A program made the position numbers and the translations under genes. Positions 32,311-64,000 of a DNA stretch of 64,000 bases are shown here, one piece after another. Below the pieces are notes generated by a model, which saw only the letters and a program-made list of their open reading frames with translations, made no database searches and had not been told where the DNA came from. Each line of letters opens with the position of its first letter. The first letter of the stretch is position 1. The DNA lies in assembly GCF_009914755.1 (NCBI RefSeq), contig NC_060925.1. One strand, written 5' to 3'. The stretch is from the human T2T-CHM13v2.0 reference genome, Homo sapiens.

Positions 32311-34307
32311 AGGATCGCCAAAGCGCTGTTCTGGGGTGAGGGCAATCAGCCCCTCCTGCCCCTCCTGAACTATGAGGCTCGGGAGCCTTTGGCAGAAGGT
32401 GGCTCTGCACGCCCCAGGTGCAAGCTTGGAGCTTCCTTTTCTGCACTCCACAGCAGGAAGAAGGGCAGTGTGAACTGCTCACCACTGTCTTCCTGGGTTT
32501 GCAGCTCTGCGCCTGGCACAGAGACAGGCTCAGTGACGGTTGAAGGAATCGGAGAAATAATGAAAAGTGTGTTCATCCTGCAGGCAGCAGAGCCTCGGGT
32601 TAACCGTTAACGTCAGGAAATGACAGATCCAACGCTCCTGCTTGGGGCAGCGTGGAGGCCAGCGGAGGAACTGCAGGAGCCTAAAGGAGATGGCGCGCAG
32701 GCCTGGCTCGGGAGAGCAGCCGTCTGAAAGATGGCGGCGAAGGGTGCGGGAGGAGATGCCCCGGGCAGGGGCTTGGCGGGGTCTGGCACCAAACTTCCCA
32801 AAGCAGCTGCCTCTGTGAACTGTGCCTGGCAGGGAGGGAGCCACACCGGGAGTGACCCTAGACGCTGGCTCCCCAGGGGTGACTGGAGGCAGTGTCTCCC
32901 GCCCATGTGGCCTCCGGCTTGGGGTCCCCAGAGCTCTGCCCTGCTGCTGGCTGCACTGAGAGAGGTGGCCTTCTGAATGGGCCCTGTCCCTGGGGAGCCT
33001 CTGGTAAAGAGATTCACCTGCACCCTCAAAACACGCCATGCCCATTGGAGGCTCTGGGTGCAGGCTGCCCCTCAAACAGAGAAAAACCACACGCTGTTTA
33101 AGACCCAAACCAAGGAGACAGCCCCTCATGCCCCCTTCTATCTCCCCTTCTGTCCAGGGCCCCCTGCCTGCTCTGGTCCACCCCGTCCTGACCCCCTCTG
33201 CCTGTTCATCTGAGGGCCGTGAGCCAAGGCCTGGGCCTGGCCAAGGGTCAGGGATCCTGGGACCTGCTTGAGACCATGCCCCATACACTCCTTCGGCCAG
33301 AAGGTCAGCCGTAGAGACAAACCCCCACCCTGAGCCCGCAGTGTCAGCAACGCCCTGTCCTCAGTGCCAGGCAGTGTCAGGCTGAGACCCGGGCCACCTG
33401 ATCCAACGTCCACTCCAAGCAAGCCAGAGCCAGGTGCTGCCAGCCTGCCCATGTGCACACGTTAGCAGACAGGTTTCCTGGTGTGGCACACACGTGTTAT
33501 GACCGCGGCTGCTGCCCCCAGCCCAGAGTGCACTTCCGGGTAATCCAGCACCCTGAGGCTTCACTGCTCTCCTGAGAGTTTTCTAAGATTAAATCTCCTT
33601 CACAATGACAGCCTCCTGTCACCTGGGCCCTGGTGACAAAGCCTTTGGAGAGGCAAGGACCCAGCCGGGGCATTCACAGTGGGCATGCTATCCACCCTCC
33701 GCCCCTGTCCTGGCCCCCACAGTGGAGCCGCCACCTTGGGTAACAGGGGCTGCCTGAGGTCCTGGAGAAGGAAGAACCAGGTGGCCCACCTTCGGTGCAC
33801 AGGGAACAGCAGGGACCTGACGGCAGCCCCCGCACCCCTCCCTGGGCTGAAGTTCAGGCTGTCTCATCCCTTGCCAGGAGCTCAGGGCTGAGCTAGGTTG
33901 GCAGGGGATGGGTTGAGGGTCTGTTGTCCAGCAGATTGCCCGGGCCCCACCCAGGCCACTCAGAAAACACCTGTGAGAGCCCCGCAGGCATGCAGGGCAC
34001 TGTCGTGAGCACACCAGTGGGGACAGACGTCCAGGCAGGAGGGAGCAGCCAGACCCCCATCCCGCCAGGGTCACCAGGTGAGCAAGGCTGGGGAACAATG
34101 GAGGCGGAGCCCCGCGACTGCCCAGCTCACTGCCCAGCTCACTGCCCCCAGTGTCCAGGCTGTGGTGCAGGCGTGGGGACCCAGGTGTGTTCAGGGGTCT
34201 CCTTCAGGGAAGGAGACCAAGCTGGGAGTCTGGGGAGGCTGAGGTGTGAGGTGACAGCAGGTGAAGAGTGAGCCACAATCAGCATTTTCACATGAAAGGA
34301 AACTACA

Positions 34308-34632
<325 letters not shown>

Positions 34633-35339
34633 AGGCAACTACAGAAGGTGAGGAGAACCACCCGAGATCACCAGAGGGAACCGTGGAAGGTCCGTGGTCC
34701 ACCAGCCAGGCTGGGGCACCTCAGCCCCTGGGCAGAGCACCAAGCAGGGCCGTGCCCTGGTAAAGGAGGGCACAGTCAGCCCCAGACTACAAGCTGCCTT
34801 GGTCCTCCCAGCAGGGCTTAAAAGCAAGACCCCAAAGGACCAAACAGCTTCCAAGTAACTTCCTGGAGTCCTGAGCAAAGTAAGCTTTTCTCAGCTTTGC
34901 TACAAAAATAGTCAGCACCCAGCAAAATTCACAATCCCTGTCACCCATTCAAAAATCACCAGGCATGCGAGGAAGCAGGAAAAGGAAAATGCACCCAGAA
35001 GAGAAGGAGCACCCATCAACGGGGCCGCCTCAGAAGCAACAGACGACCGGGCAAGTCCAAGGGCACCGAGGCACCTGCCACCACTGCGCCCAGCACTCCC
35101 GAAGCCAGAGGGCAGGTGGGACATAGGTGGGGACGTTCTGAGCAAAAACGCATGCGGCCAAGCTGGGGTCGCCCGTGGGAAGAGGGCGAAACGCTTGCAC
35201 GTGGGTAGGGCAGTCTCTGCAAAGGGCTGTGTGGGCTCCGGGACCAGATGCTGTGAGGGCCTCACCAGCTGCGAGGTGGCAGGACCAGATGCTGTAAGGG
35301 CCTCACCAGCTGCAAGGTGGCTGTCTCTGCCCCACCCCA

Positions 35340-35450
35340 CACGCTCAATGCATGTTAATTTCATCTTGTTTCATTCTCATTCCCATTTTACAGATTGAGG
35401 TTCAGAGAAGTCAGAAGCCTTCCCAAGGCTGCACAGCCAGAAGTGGGCAC
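35340..35450 (-). mobile_element. MIR
   Basis: ttcccattttacagattgaggttcagagaagtcagaagccttcccaaggctgcacagc. Confidence 0.7.
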
Positions 35451-36509
35451 AGCATCCTGGGGTGAGGCCTCACACCATCTGCGCCACCTGCCCTCCAGGT
35501 CCCACCATCCTCACAAATTCAAGGCAAGGTTCTGGAACCCCCAGCCCTCCAGAAAGGGGAAGCTGAGCCCAGGAAGCACATCTGAGAGTTCGGGTCCGTG
35601 AGTTTACCCTGCGCTCACGCCGATTCCTCCTGCATCCTCTGTCGGGATGTCTGGATTCCAGAGTCCCCACCCTGATTTTCCAACCTTGCCTCAGCCTTGG
35701 CTTCTCCCTTTTGGGGTGGGACAGGGAACCCCAGCAGCAGGTGTATGAGGGCATGAGAGGGCGGGAGGTGCCCTATGCCTACCCGCCAGACCAGGGCCCC
35801 AGCCCTGGACACAGGGAGAGAGCATGAGCGCTGTTCCTGCTCCCACTCCCTCATCTGAGCAGGTGCTCCCAGGTACAGGTGCCGAGTCCCACCCAGAGGG
35901 GCCCTGCCACAACCAGAGGACTGACAAACCCAGACACAACTGTCTCTTCCCCCTGGTCAGGGTCTGGGCAAGGGTCCCTCTGGGCTGCTGTCCATGCTGT
36001 GAGTGTCCGTGCTGTGGGCCGCTGCCGTGGGTGTCCGTGCTGTGGCCTGCTGTCGTGGGTGTCCGTGCTGTGGCCCGGTATGTGAGGTTGTGTTTCCAAC
36101 AGGGAGTAATTTGGCTTTGGTTACCTGAGGGTCTGAGGACAGGCACTAAAGCCCCACCTTTCTGGCTTCCAGAGTTGCCGGCTCCAGCAGCAGCCTCCAG
36201 GCCTGAGCAGGCTCTGGGGCTCCCACACCTGGGGGGCCAGGGTGGGGGTGACAAAGGGCCCCAGGCGACGGCTGAGAGCCGGCCCTGAGCCGGCCAGGGC
36301 GGGCAGCAGAACAGCCACCAGCTCCCGCCAGGCCCTGGCAGCATGAGCGATGGCAGGCCCAGCGATAAGAAACTAATAATTTATGCTTCCAGCTCCTGGG
36401 GCCGGCGCCGAGGGAAGGTTGGGCCACAGCCTCCCCCGCACTGAGCGGCTGCAGTCCTTTATTGCACAAATTATTAACGACCAGAGAATGAATGACTCTG
36501 TAATCAGAT

Positions 36510-39500
36510 CAGGTTGCCAGCACTTTTCATTGCATTTATTTGTATAAATTCTGAAGTCGGGGTCTGCCCTAAGCTCAGCAAGCCAGCGTCGTGCTGGCTG
36601 GGCGCCCAGGCCCCCACCCAGAAGGAACACCCGTCCCTCACCCTGCCCACGGGTTCCAGAGGACAGAGGGCTCAGGAAGGGGTGCAGGGAACTGCTCTGA
36701 GCCAGAAGCCGAGTTCATAGGCACCCAAAGCAGCCCTGGGCCAGGGTCAGAGCTCTGTCCTTGAACCTGCCTCAGGGAAGATTCCCAACTGTCCTCAGAG
36801 CCAGGGGCACCCAGGGCTTGGGAGCTGAAGGGGGGTGGGTCTGAGACCAGGAGAAGGCTCCCCAGCCCTGAGGGAACCCTCATCACCCCCCTGCTCTCCT
36901 CGATCCAGGAACCGTCCCAGGGTTGCCTCAGGCCTCCTGGCTCTCCCGCCTCCATCCCGTGGGCTTCCCGGGAGCCCCAGGCTGGTCTCCCACCTGCCCC
37001 CTCCTTTTCTGGTCTTGCCTGCGCTGGGCCCAGGGGCTCTGGCTGTGGGTTTTCTGTGCAGCACCTCGCAGTGAGCCTGACGCTGGTCCTCTCCTGAGCC
37101 CCCGTTTAATCTTATTGACCTCTCGTTACGCTACAGAGCGTAAATTCAGATTTAGAGATCTTATGTTCCATCATAAATTGGGCTGGCAGACTTCCGATCA
37201 ACAAGATAAAGCTGTCTTCCGTGAGGCGGGTGTTTTATTAGTCTTGGTCCCAGTGCTGCAGGTGTGGGCTGGGGAGTGCCTGAGGGAGGGGCCTCTGCTT
37301 GGGACCCTTCCTGCCTGGGCGAGGGGCTGAGTCCCTCCTGCCGCCCGGGCTGGGCCCCAGGTACCTGGCGAACAAAGGGACCCTGAAATTGCCGCCTTTC
37401 CCCTGCCTCTTGGGCTCTGCATATGATTTCAGCCAATCCCTGCTGCCCAGCCTCGCCCACCCGCTTCTGGGGCCACCCCCGCGTTAAGCAGGGCTGTGCA
37501 GCGTGGGGGTCCTGTTCTCATTCAGCCACCGGCACGGCCACCCCAGTGTGATTCCTCAGCAGCCACACAGAAGACAGATGGTCCATAGGAGACTCAGAAA
37601 CAGAGAAGCCTCACGCCAGGTCCACAGAGGCACCCACGCCCGCCAAAAGGATGCCACGCACTCACCCTGCCCTCTGGGGAGCACAGTGGGAGTCCAGGAC
37701 ACCGCCTTGGATGGGGTGAGGCTCCGTCTGTGACCTCAGAAAGTCAGTCTGGGGCTGGACTTGACATGGGAAACAGAATAAAACTGCCTGTCCACCTGAG
37801 CTTGCCGCCCTAAAAATCCCTGACATGATACAGAAGTCAGTGCTGACAGAGGGCCTGCTACCCCCAGTGACCCTGCCGGTGGGGTCTCAACCCACCCACT
37901 TCTTCTGGAGCAGCCGGTCACAGCTGTGGTCCTGCTGGCGCACACGGGTATGAGACCCTAAAACACACAGCGACTGCACAGTGCAACCCTGCATATCCCA
38001 TTTGGGTACAAGTTTCATTACAGGAAGAAACACGGGGAGGGACCCCAGAGCAGCTCACGCGTGGGTACCCTCCGCTGTGTTAGCGTCCCGGCCCTCACAC
38101 GGCACCCAGGCCTCGTTGGGGCAAGGCCTTGTGCAGACACGGTGGGATCTGCATGTGCACTGGGGCCTGTGCCTGGGCTGCTGCTCCCCGGCCACCGGTG
38201 TCAGGATCTCCAGGACCCCCATGAGTGGTCAGTGGAGCAGAGATGGCACAGACGCCAGCGACCTGGGTCATTCTCTACCTGGGATGTGGGACCCCAGAGA
38301 CCATGCTGTGGGTCTTTATCTGCCTCTTCATGCAGGAGCAGGTGCGACCCCCGCCTGCCCCAGCCATGAGGCTCTGTCACAGGGGACCTCTGTGGCACCC
38401 TGTGCTGCAGGCAAGGCCTTAGGACAGATGCCACGCCACTGTCCAGGAGACTGTCTCCTGAGACTGACCTCCCCTTGCACTGGGCAATGTCTGCTGAAGA
38501 TAAGGACGTCTTCGCTGGGCCAGGCCTGGAGTTCTCCCAGATCGTGAGCTTTCCTCTCTCTGATGAAGAGGATACCTGTGGTCAAACTCCTACAGAGCAC
38601 TGGGGACAGGAAGGCAGGCAGAGTCCCACCTGGGCAGGTGGTAGGAGTGGAAGGAGCAGGCAGGCAGCAGGGCTGCCCAGGGCTAGGAGTCTGGCTGTGA
38701 GCAGGGCCCACCCTCCCCTGGACACAATGGAGGACCCCGTGTGTGGTTTTCACTGACTGAGCACCTATCTCGTGCCAGACATGTGGGATTGCCGGTGAAT
38801 TAACAAAAGCCCTGCTCTCAGGGGGCTCCCATCCCAGCACATACACCGTCACATCTGGGGTCCAGCCTGGACCCCCCCATGCAGTTGGAGAGGGTCTCAG
38901 AACCAGGTCTGAGAACAGCAACTTCCAGCCACGGCACCCCACCCCTCCCCAGCTGGCCTGGGCTCCAGCTCCTCGCACCTGAGGCTGCCTGTGCAGGGCC
39001 CCCGGCTGGTGCCCCTCTCCTCTGAAGCTCGGGGGTCGCCACAGCCTGGCACCCTCATCGGGCCTGTTACGCACGTTCTGGTCTCTCCGTGCCCACAGAC
39101 CCGCCAAGCTCACCAGCCAATGTGCAGCCAGCACAAGCCCGACCTGCTAGGGGCCTCAGAACAAGCGGTGTGGCCCGAGGCCGTCACACAGCACCTGTGC
39201 TGAGAGTGAGCTGACGTGGACGGCGGCACCGTGGCCGTGGCAGAGGCACCATCCCTCCACCCTCACTCATGTAGGGATGTGGGGCACACGGACTGGAGCC
39301 CAAGGCCTTCGTGCTGGGCCCTGGCTCTGCACTCGGCTCCCAGAGTCTCCCACCCAATGTCAGAGAGGGTGCCGCAACAGTGCTTCGGGGGCTCCTGTCA
39401 TGAGGGCTGAGGACCACCTAGGCCCACGTCCGCCCAGCAGGTGGCAGCTGCATCCCCGGTCCCCTCCACAACCCGGGCCAGGTCCAGGCTGCAGGCCGCA

Positions 39501-40650
39501 GTGTTGGCAGGGGGAGGAGAGGGTGAAATTGGCTGAGCCCATCCATTGGGACAGACCCTCCCGCTCCTTGGGGCTCTGGAGAACTCTATTCCTTCTCTTT
39601 GCTTAACCTCAAGGTGCTGGGGCCTCTGGCTGCTGCAGCATTTACAGAGGAATTGTCTGGGATGTGCCGGGCCGAGCACTGTAGCTCTCGCCGGTGTCTG
39701 CGTCAGCACGCTAGTGACATGGCAGGTGAGGACCACGGCACCGCCCCTGCGATCTGGCAGTCAGAGCCCACCTGTGTGTCTGCAGGAGCATCCCTGACTA
39801 CACACCACGGGACGGCAGGGAAGGGTCCCTCGGGCCCCACCCCTTTGTTCTTTCAATGGTAAAGGTTCAGGTCGGTGGACAGACTGGACTTGGAAACACC
39901 TTCTTGCGTCCTCGAAACGACGTGGCACGCAGCCAGCTCACAGCACCCAAAGGCACGGGCAAGTTGCATCACGGCAGCCCCTCCTGTCTGACCAGGAGCA
40001 GGTGCGTTCCTGAGGTCCTGGCCACTTCTGCAGGAGCGTCCGAGGGAGCCCAGCTGATATACCACAGCCCCTGACCTCCCAGGTTAGCCTTTCCATCCAA
40101 CAGCACCAGGACTGGACAGGCCACCTTGGCTGAGGATCACGTGTGCCTGGGTCTGGGCGGTGCTGATGCCCACAGGCCCTGAGTCTGTGTTGCGCACAGG
40201 CCTTGGAAAGCAGTGCACATCCTGTCTGCACCGGTGTCTATAGTGAAGCCATCTTTGTCCGTGTGGCCATGGGAGGGTCTGTCTGTGCTGTGTGTGTGTC
40301 CTGCGCGTGTCGGGAGCTGCTGCGCCACACACAGGCACGCAGGGTGTGGGCACACCTGTGCTGCTGAGCCCGCGTGCCCTTGCCGGTGGCCAGGCACACA
40401 CACAGCTGTGCATCCTTGGCCCAAGATCAGCTGTGCCACACCTGCAGGCTGCAGGATCTTTTCTGTATATCTCCCTCCATCACCAGAAGTAAGCTCAGGA
40501 CTGAGGCTGACAGGCTGGTCTGAGCGCTGCTCACCTGCACCTCCTGGCTGCACCTGTGGCCCCGGACTCAGCTTCCCCATCTCTCTCCTCCCCACCCCAC
40601 CTCTGGGTCATCTCCGGCTGGGGCTGTACCACATCTGGGCTCAATAAATG
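36510..40650 (-). ncRNA. LINC02593: Probable lncRNA LINC02593 region; exons not resolved
   Basis: Mainly positional knowledge (upstream of SAMD11, opposite strand). Sequence support is limited to a minus-strand AATAAA (tttatt at 36535-36540). Confidence 0.35.
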
Positions 40651-41094
40651 GTTGATTGATTGATGAGGGGATGGATGAGAAGGGCTCTAAGAGAAATGCT
40701 GGGAGCCTGGGCAGGCACTCCCGGATGGCGGAGGCGGCGTGCGGGCTGGGGCAGCGGCCCCTGGCGCCCCCACACTCCCCCAGGACGTCTGGGGTCACCG
40801 TCTGCTCCATGGCAGCCCCAGGGTTATTTATGACCTCCTCCCTCTGGCGGCGGGAGGCAGGCTCCAGCCTCAGCCCAGCGGCGGAGGGGCCCCAGCAGGG
40901 GGACCCGGAGCAGCGACAGAGGCACCAAGGCCCAGGCAGGCGGGGCTCGGTGGGCCGGAGGAGGGGCGGTGGAGTCCACACCGCCAGGTCCCTGCCTCGC
41001 TCAGGATGATTCCAGCGCCAGAACTCCGTTCCTCTGGCCTCTGCCGCCAGCCTGAGGAGTGCAGGGGAGAGTGGGGCCCAGGTGTCCCAGACCA

Positions 41095-41415
41095 AGACAG
41101 GTGTGTGAGTGGACATGGGACACAGGTGTGGTAGTGGAGGACACGTGTGAGCAAGTGAACACATCACACAGATGTGCGAGCAGACACAAGACATGGGACA
41201 CAGGTGCGCCAGTGAACACGGGACTGGTGTAAGCCAGCGGGCATGAGACACGGGTGTGAGCGAGTGGACACGGGACACGTGTGAGTGGGCACGGACAGTA
41301 CAGGTGTGAGCGAGTGGACACGAGACACAGGTGTGGGAGTGGACACAGGTGTGTGGGAGTGGACACAGAACAGGTGTGAACATGGACACGGACACGGGTG
41401 TGTGTGAGTGGACAG
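41095..41415. repeat. Degenerate tandem repeat (gtggacac/gggacacaggtgt)
   Basis: Repeated gagtggacac...acaggtgtg motifs. Confidence 0.8.
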
Positions 41416-44074
41416 GACCAAGGAAGGGGCACAACCCCGTGGAAAAGGGTGATGCTGGGGGTGAGGAGCCTGGTCCTGTGGGAACGTGGCCTCTGAACGG
41501 GTGCCTGCTTCCCAGGAAGACAAGGAGGTGGTGGGGAAGGCCTCCTCACCCAGCCCCTGGAGGGACCTCCAGAACATCAGGGAGTGGACAGTGAGGATAG
41601 AGGGGTGCCTCCAGCTTTGGACCCAGTCAGGGTCTTTTCTGGAAGACACCATGGGCCCCGGGTAGGCCCCCACACCCAGCCAGAAACCCAGGGCCAGCCC
41701 CATGCCCCTCCTTAACCACACTGTGGGCCTGAGCATGATGAGATGCTGGTGAACAGGGGAGGGCTCTTGGAAGGGAAAGGAGGCCCCTCTGCTGGCCCAG
41801 GTCAGAGGAGAGGCCTGGCCCAAGGGCCTCAGACCCTGAGAGGCACTGCCATGCAGACCTGCGCCTCCCCAGCCTCCCTCTCCAAATCACTGTGTGAACA
41901 TCAGGGAGTCAGGTGCAGGCGAACCTAGAAGGAGGGTCAGGTGCAGGTGAACCTAGTAGCCCACACACGGGCAGTAGGGTCAGGGCTGCAGCCAGACAGT
42001 GGGCACTCAGGGCCAGTCCACATGGCCTCCAGCTGGCCCCAGGAGCAGACTTTCCACATGGTATCAGACCTGGGAGAAGACACAGACTTCAGGAGAGGAA
42101 GGCACAGGAACTCACTGGCAGCCACAGCTGGGGTCAGGGATGTGCTGGTGTCCTGGATGCAGACAGGTTGATAGGGCCAAGGGTGGCCACATAAGGAAGG
42201 GTCACCGACACTCACACCCACACTCCTACCTGGCCCCCCAGACCCCAACAGACCAACGAGCCCCCACAGAACAGGGCCAGGATAGCGGGGGAGGCTTCTG
42301 GGAATGTTCCTTGTCTGAGCAGAGCACTCCTGGCCCAGACCTCACTCCGCGGGTTGGCTGTGGGACCAGCAGAAGCCTCTGGTGAGATAAGGTGAAGGAG
42401 CCCAGCGTGGTCACCCAGGGTCAGGTTTATGCTCAAGGAAGCTGGTCTGGCAGGAGGTGGTGGTGGGCTGTTCCCTCCCTCGAAGAAGGCACCTGTGCAA
42501 ACAGGCCTGTGGCCCACTCACCCCTGGACCTGCTCTGGGAGATGCCCACAGGGACATGCCAGCTGCATCTCAAGGGCAGGGGCCAGGGTCAGAACAGGAG
42601 GCCCCTTTCTAGTGGATGCAACACCGCACAGCAGCGCAGGACAAGGCTGTCTCACCTGCTGTTACCAACGCCCCCAGGTTGTGTTTCTCTTCGGAACGCT
42701 CCAGATGCAATGCCGATCTGGGCACGCAGGGAGGTGGGGGGTGATGGGAAGCTCACCAGGAACCAGGGACTGGGGCCCAGACTGACCTGTCAGAAGGCAC
42801 CAAGGTGGACGTGGTGTGGCCGGTCCTGCTTCACTAGCCTTGCTCCTCCTAGTGGGAGGCCGTGCACTCTGCCAACCCGCTATCCCCCACCCTCACCCTG
42901 CCTCGGATCCACACCACCTTCCTGCTGGGAGGTGTGGGGTGACAGGAAGCTCTTGCCCCACACCATGGTCCTGGCGCGGTCCTGGTGTGAGACATCCTGC
43001 ATTTGAAACAGCTGTGTGACTTCAGGAGAGTTACTTGACCTTTCTGTCTCAGCGTCTTCTGCAAAAGACTGAACAGGAACTCCGTGGCTCGGGCGAACTC
43101 ACTCCTGTCAAGTGCATAGGAAGGGGCACGAGTGGGCGGGGAGGTGCTGCCCTGTTATTCACAGAACACTTTGCCCAGGCAACACACTACAAATCCACAA
43201 CCTCGCTCCCTGCAGGTGCACTGAGACCACCCACGCCCTCCCGGACACCAACGCCCACCATCAGATTCGCTGCGCAAAGTCCCAGAGCCGCCGGCGCACG
43301 CTCACACCCCGGCGAGCAGCCCCCAGCTCCCTCCCTCCGAGAGGAGCCCGGTCCGCGACCAGCCCAGCCCATCCCAGTCCCGCGCGGAGTCCTGGATTCC
43401 AGCCGCTCGCAGTGACTCGGTACTCGGGATAGTGCCGGGGGCCGCAGCCCTGTCCCGCTGCCGCCGCCGGATGCCCCGAGTCGGCCGTCACGCACCCCCC
43501 GCGGGAGCCCGCGCCGCCCGCCGCGCCGGGGCCGTTTAAATGGGCCAAGTTGTGGCGGCGGCGTCGGCGGCGGAGTCTCCCAAGTCCCCGCCGGGCGGGC
43601 GCGCGCCAGTGGACGCGGGTGCACGACTGACGCGGCCCGGGCGGCGGGGCGGGGGCTTGGGACCCCGGAGAGGGGCGGGGACTCCGCGACTCCTCGCTGC
43701 CGGGCTCGGCCTGGCGGGTGGGTCGGCGAGCCGGGCGTGGGACTGCCCCGGGCGCGGGCGCTGGTGGCCGGGGCGCGGGACTCCAGACGCCCCGGGGAGC
43801 CCCGAGGCCCTGGAACTGCGGCGCTCGGCGAGTCGATCCGGGATCGATAGCAGCTCCATGTCTCCGGCCTCTGAGGCCCCGCCGGCCGGCTGGGCAGTCC
43901 GGGGAGGCCTGGCGGGCGGCGCGTAGGCGGCGGCTGCGGGCGCCGGGACGCAGTAGCGGACGGGGTGGGCGCGCGGCCAGGCGCCTCCCCGGCCCCCGCG
44001 ACCCAACTCCAGCCCGGGCCGGAATAAGTTGCTGCCGCCGGCGGAGAGCGGGGCTGCGGAGCCACCGGGGCGCC

Positions 44075-62895
<18,821 letters not shown>

Positions 62896-62972
62896 GGTTG
62901 CCGGGGGTAGGGGTGGGGCCACACAAATCTCCAGGAGCCACCACTCAACACAATGGCCCTGCCTCCCACCGC

Positions 62973-62978
62973 TTTATT
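62973..62978 (-). terminator. NOC2L polyadenylation signal
   Basis: tttatt is AATAAA on the minus strand, downstream of the NOC2L stop. Confidence 0.8.
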
Positions 62979-63298
62979 TCTTTCGGTTTCGGATGCAAAA
63001 CAAAAAATTTTAAAAGAAAATGTGACTTCAAAGGAAAAGAACAAATTTCCAAAGACTTGGGGGAGTGAAGGCAGAGCCTGGTGCAGATGGACGAGGTCTG
63101 CAGACGGAGGGCAGAGGTGGTGGAAGGGGCCAGGGGCCTGCAGGCCTCCCCCTGGAACTGGGACTGGTCTCGGTCTGCTGACGTCAGGGTCAGCTCCCCC
63201 GCGGAGCTGACTTCAGCAGCCCACAGCTGTGGGGCTTCAGCAGCCACACCAGCCCAGCCCAGCCCAGCTCTCGATACGTTTGGTCTTTCATGCTGAAA

Positions 63299-63311
63299 AA
63301 TAAATAATAAA
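63299..63311 (+). terminator. SAMD11 polyadenylation signals (tandem AATAAA)
   Basis: AATAAA at 63299-63304 and 63306-63311. Confidence 0.85.
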
Positions 63312-63435
63312 GCCTGTCCCGTGTCTACTGCCTCCCCCAACTGCACAGACGCCAGCCTCTAGGCCTGACTGCCAGGGAGGTGGAAACACTGGCCACCAGC
63401 CCGGCAGCCCCTACAGGCCCCCCAGATGGGCTGCC

Positions 63436-63561
<126 letters not shown>

Positions 63562-63637
63562 CTACATAAATTTTGCTTTATCAGGAAGAAGCCAGCCTTG
63601 GAGGTTACTCATCACTAATTAATCACGGCACTAATTA

Positions 63638-64000
<363 letters not shown>

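Overview
Human (or very close primate) genomic DNA from distal 1p36.33, recognised from protein sequence. The left ~19 kb is AT-rich and almost all repeats: old L1M, an internally deleted L1PA, a MaLR LTR, a beta-satellite remnant, probable ERV1 internal sequence, many Alus, and a deleted HERV-K9/HML-3 provirus with its MER9 LTR. The rest is GC-rich, with CpG islands, several VNTRs and a probable lncRNA region (LINC02593). It holds the complete 14-exon SAMD11 gene (+; 2535-nt CDS, 844 aa; all GT-AG junctions traced by hand) and the last two coding exons of NOC2L (-), whose 3' UTR overlaps that of SAMD11. I found no convincing wholly new biological system. Best second-look items: (1) a DEAF1-like SAND domain plus His/Cys motif present only in the long SAMD11 isoform; (2) a 48-bp duplication that creates an in-frame alternative donor; (3) an in-frame RT/RNase H/integrase fusion ORF in the deleted HERV-K9; (4) recurrent homeodomain-site islands; (5) an ancient L1 that has become CpG-rich. 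Repeat subfamily calls and boundaries are by eye and approximate.
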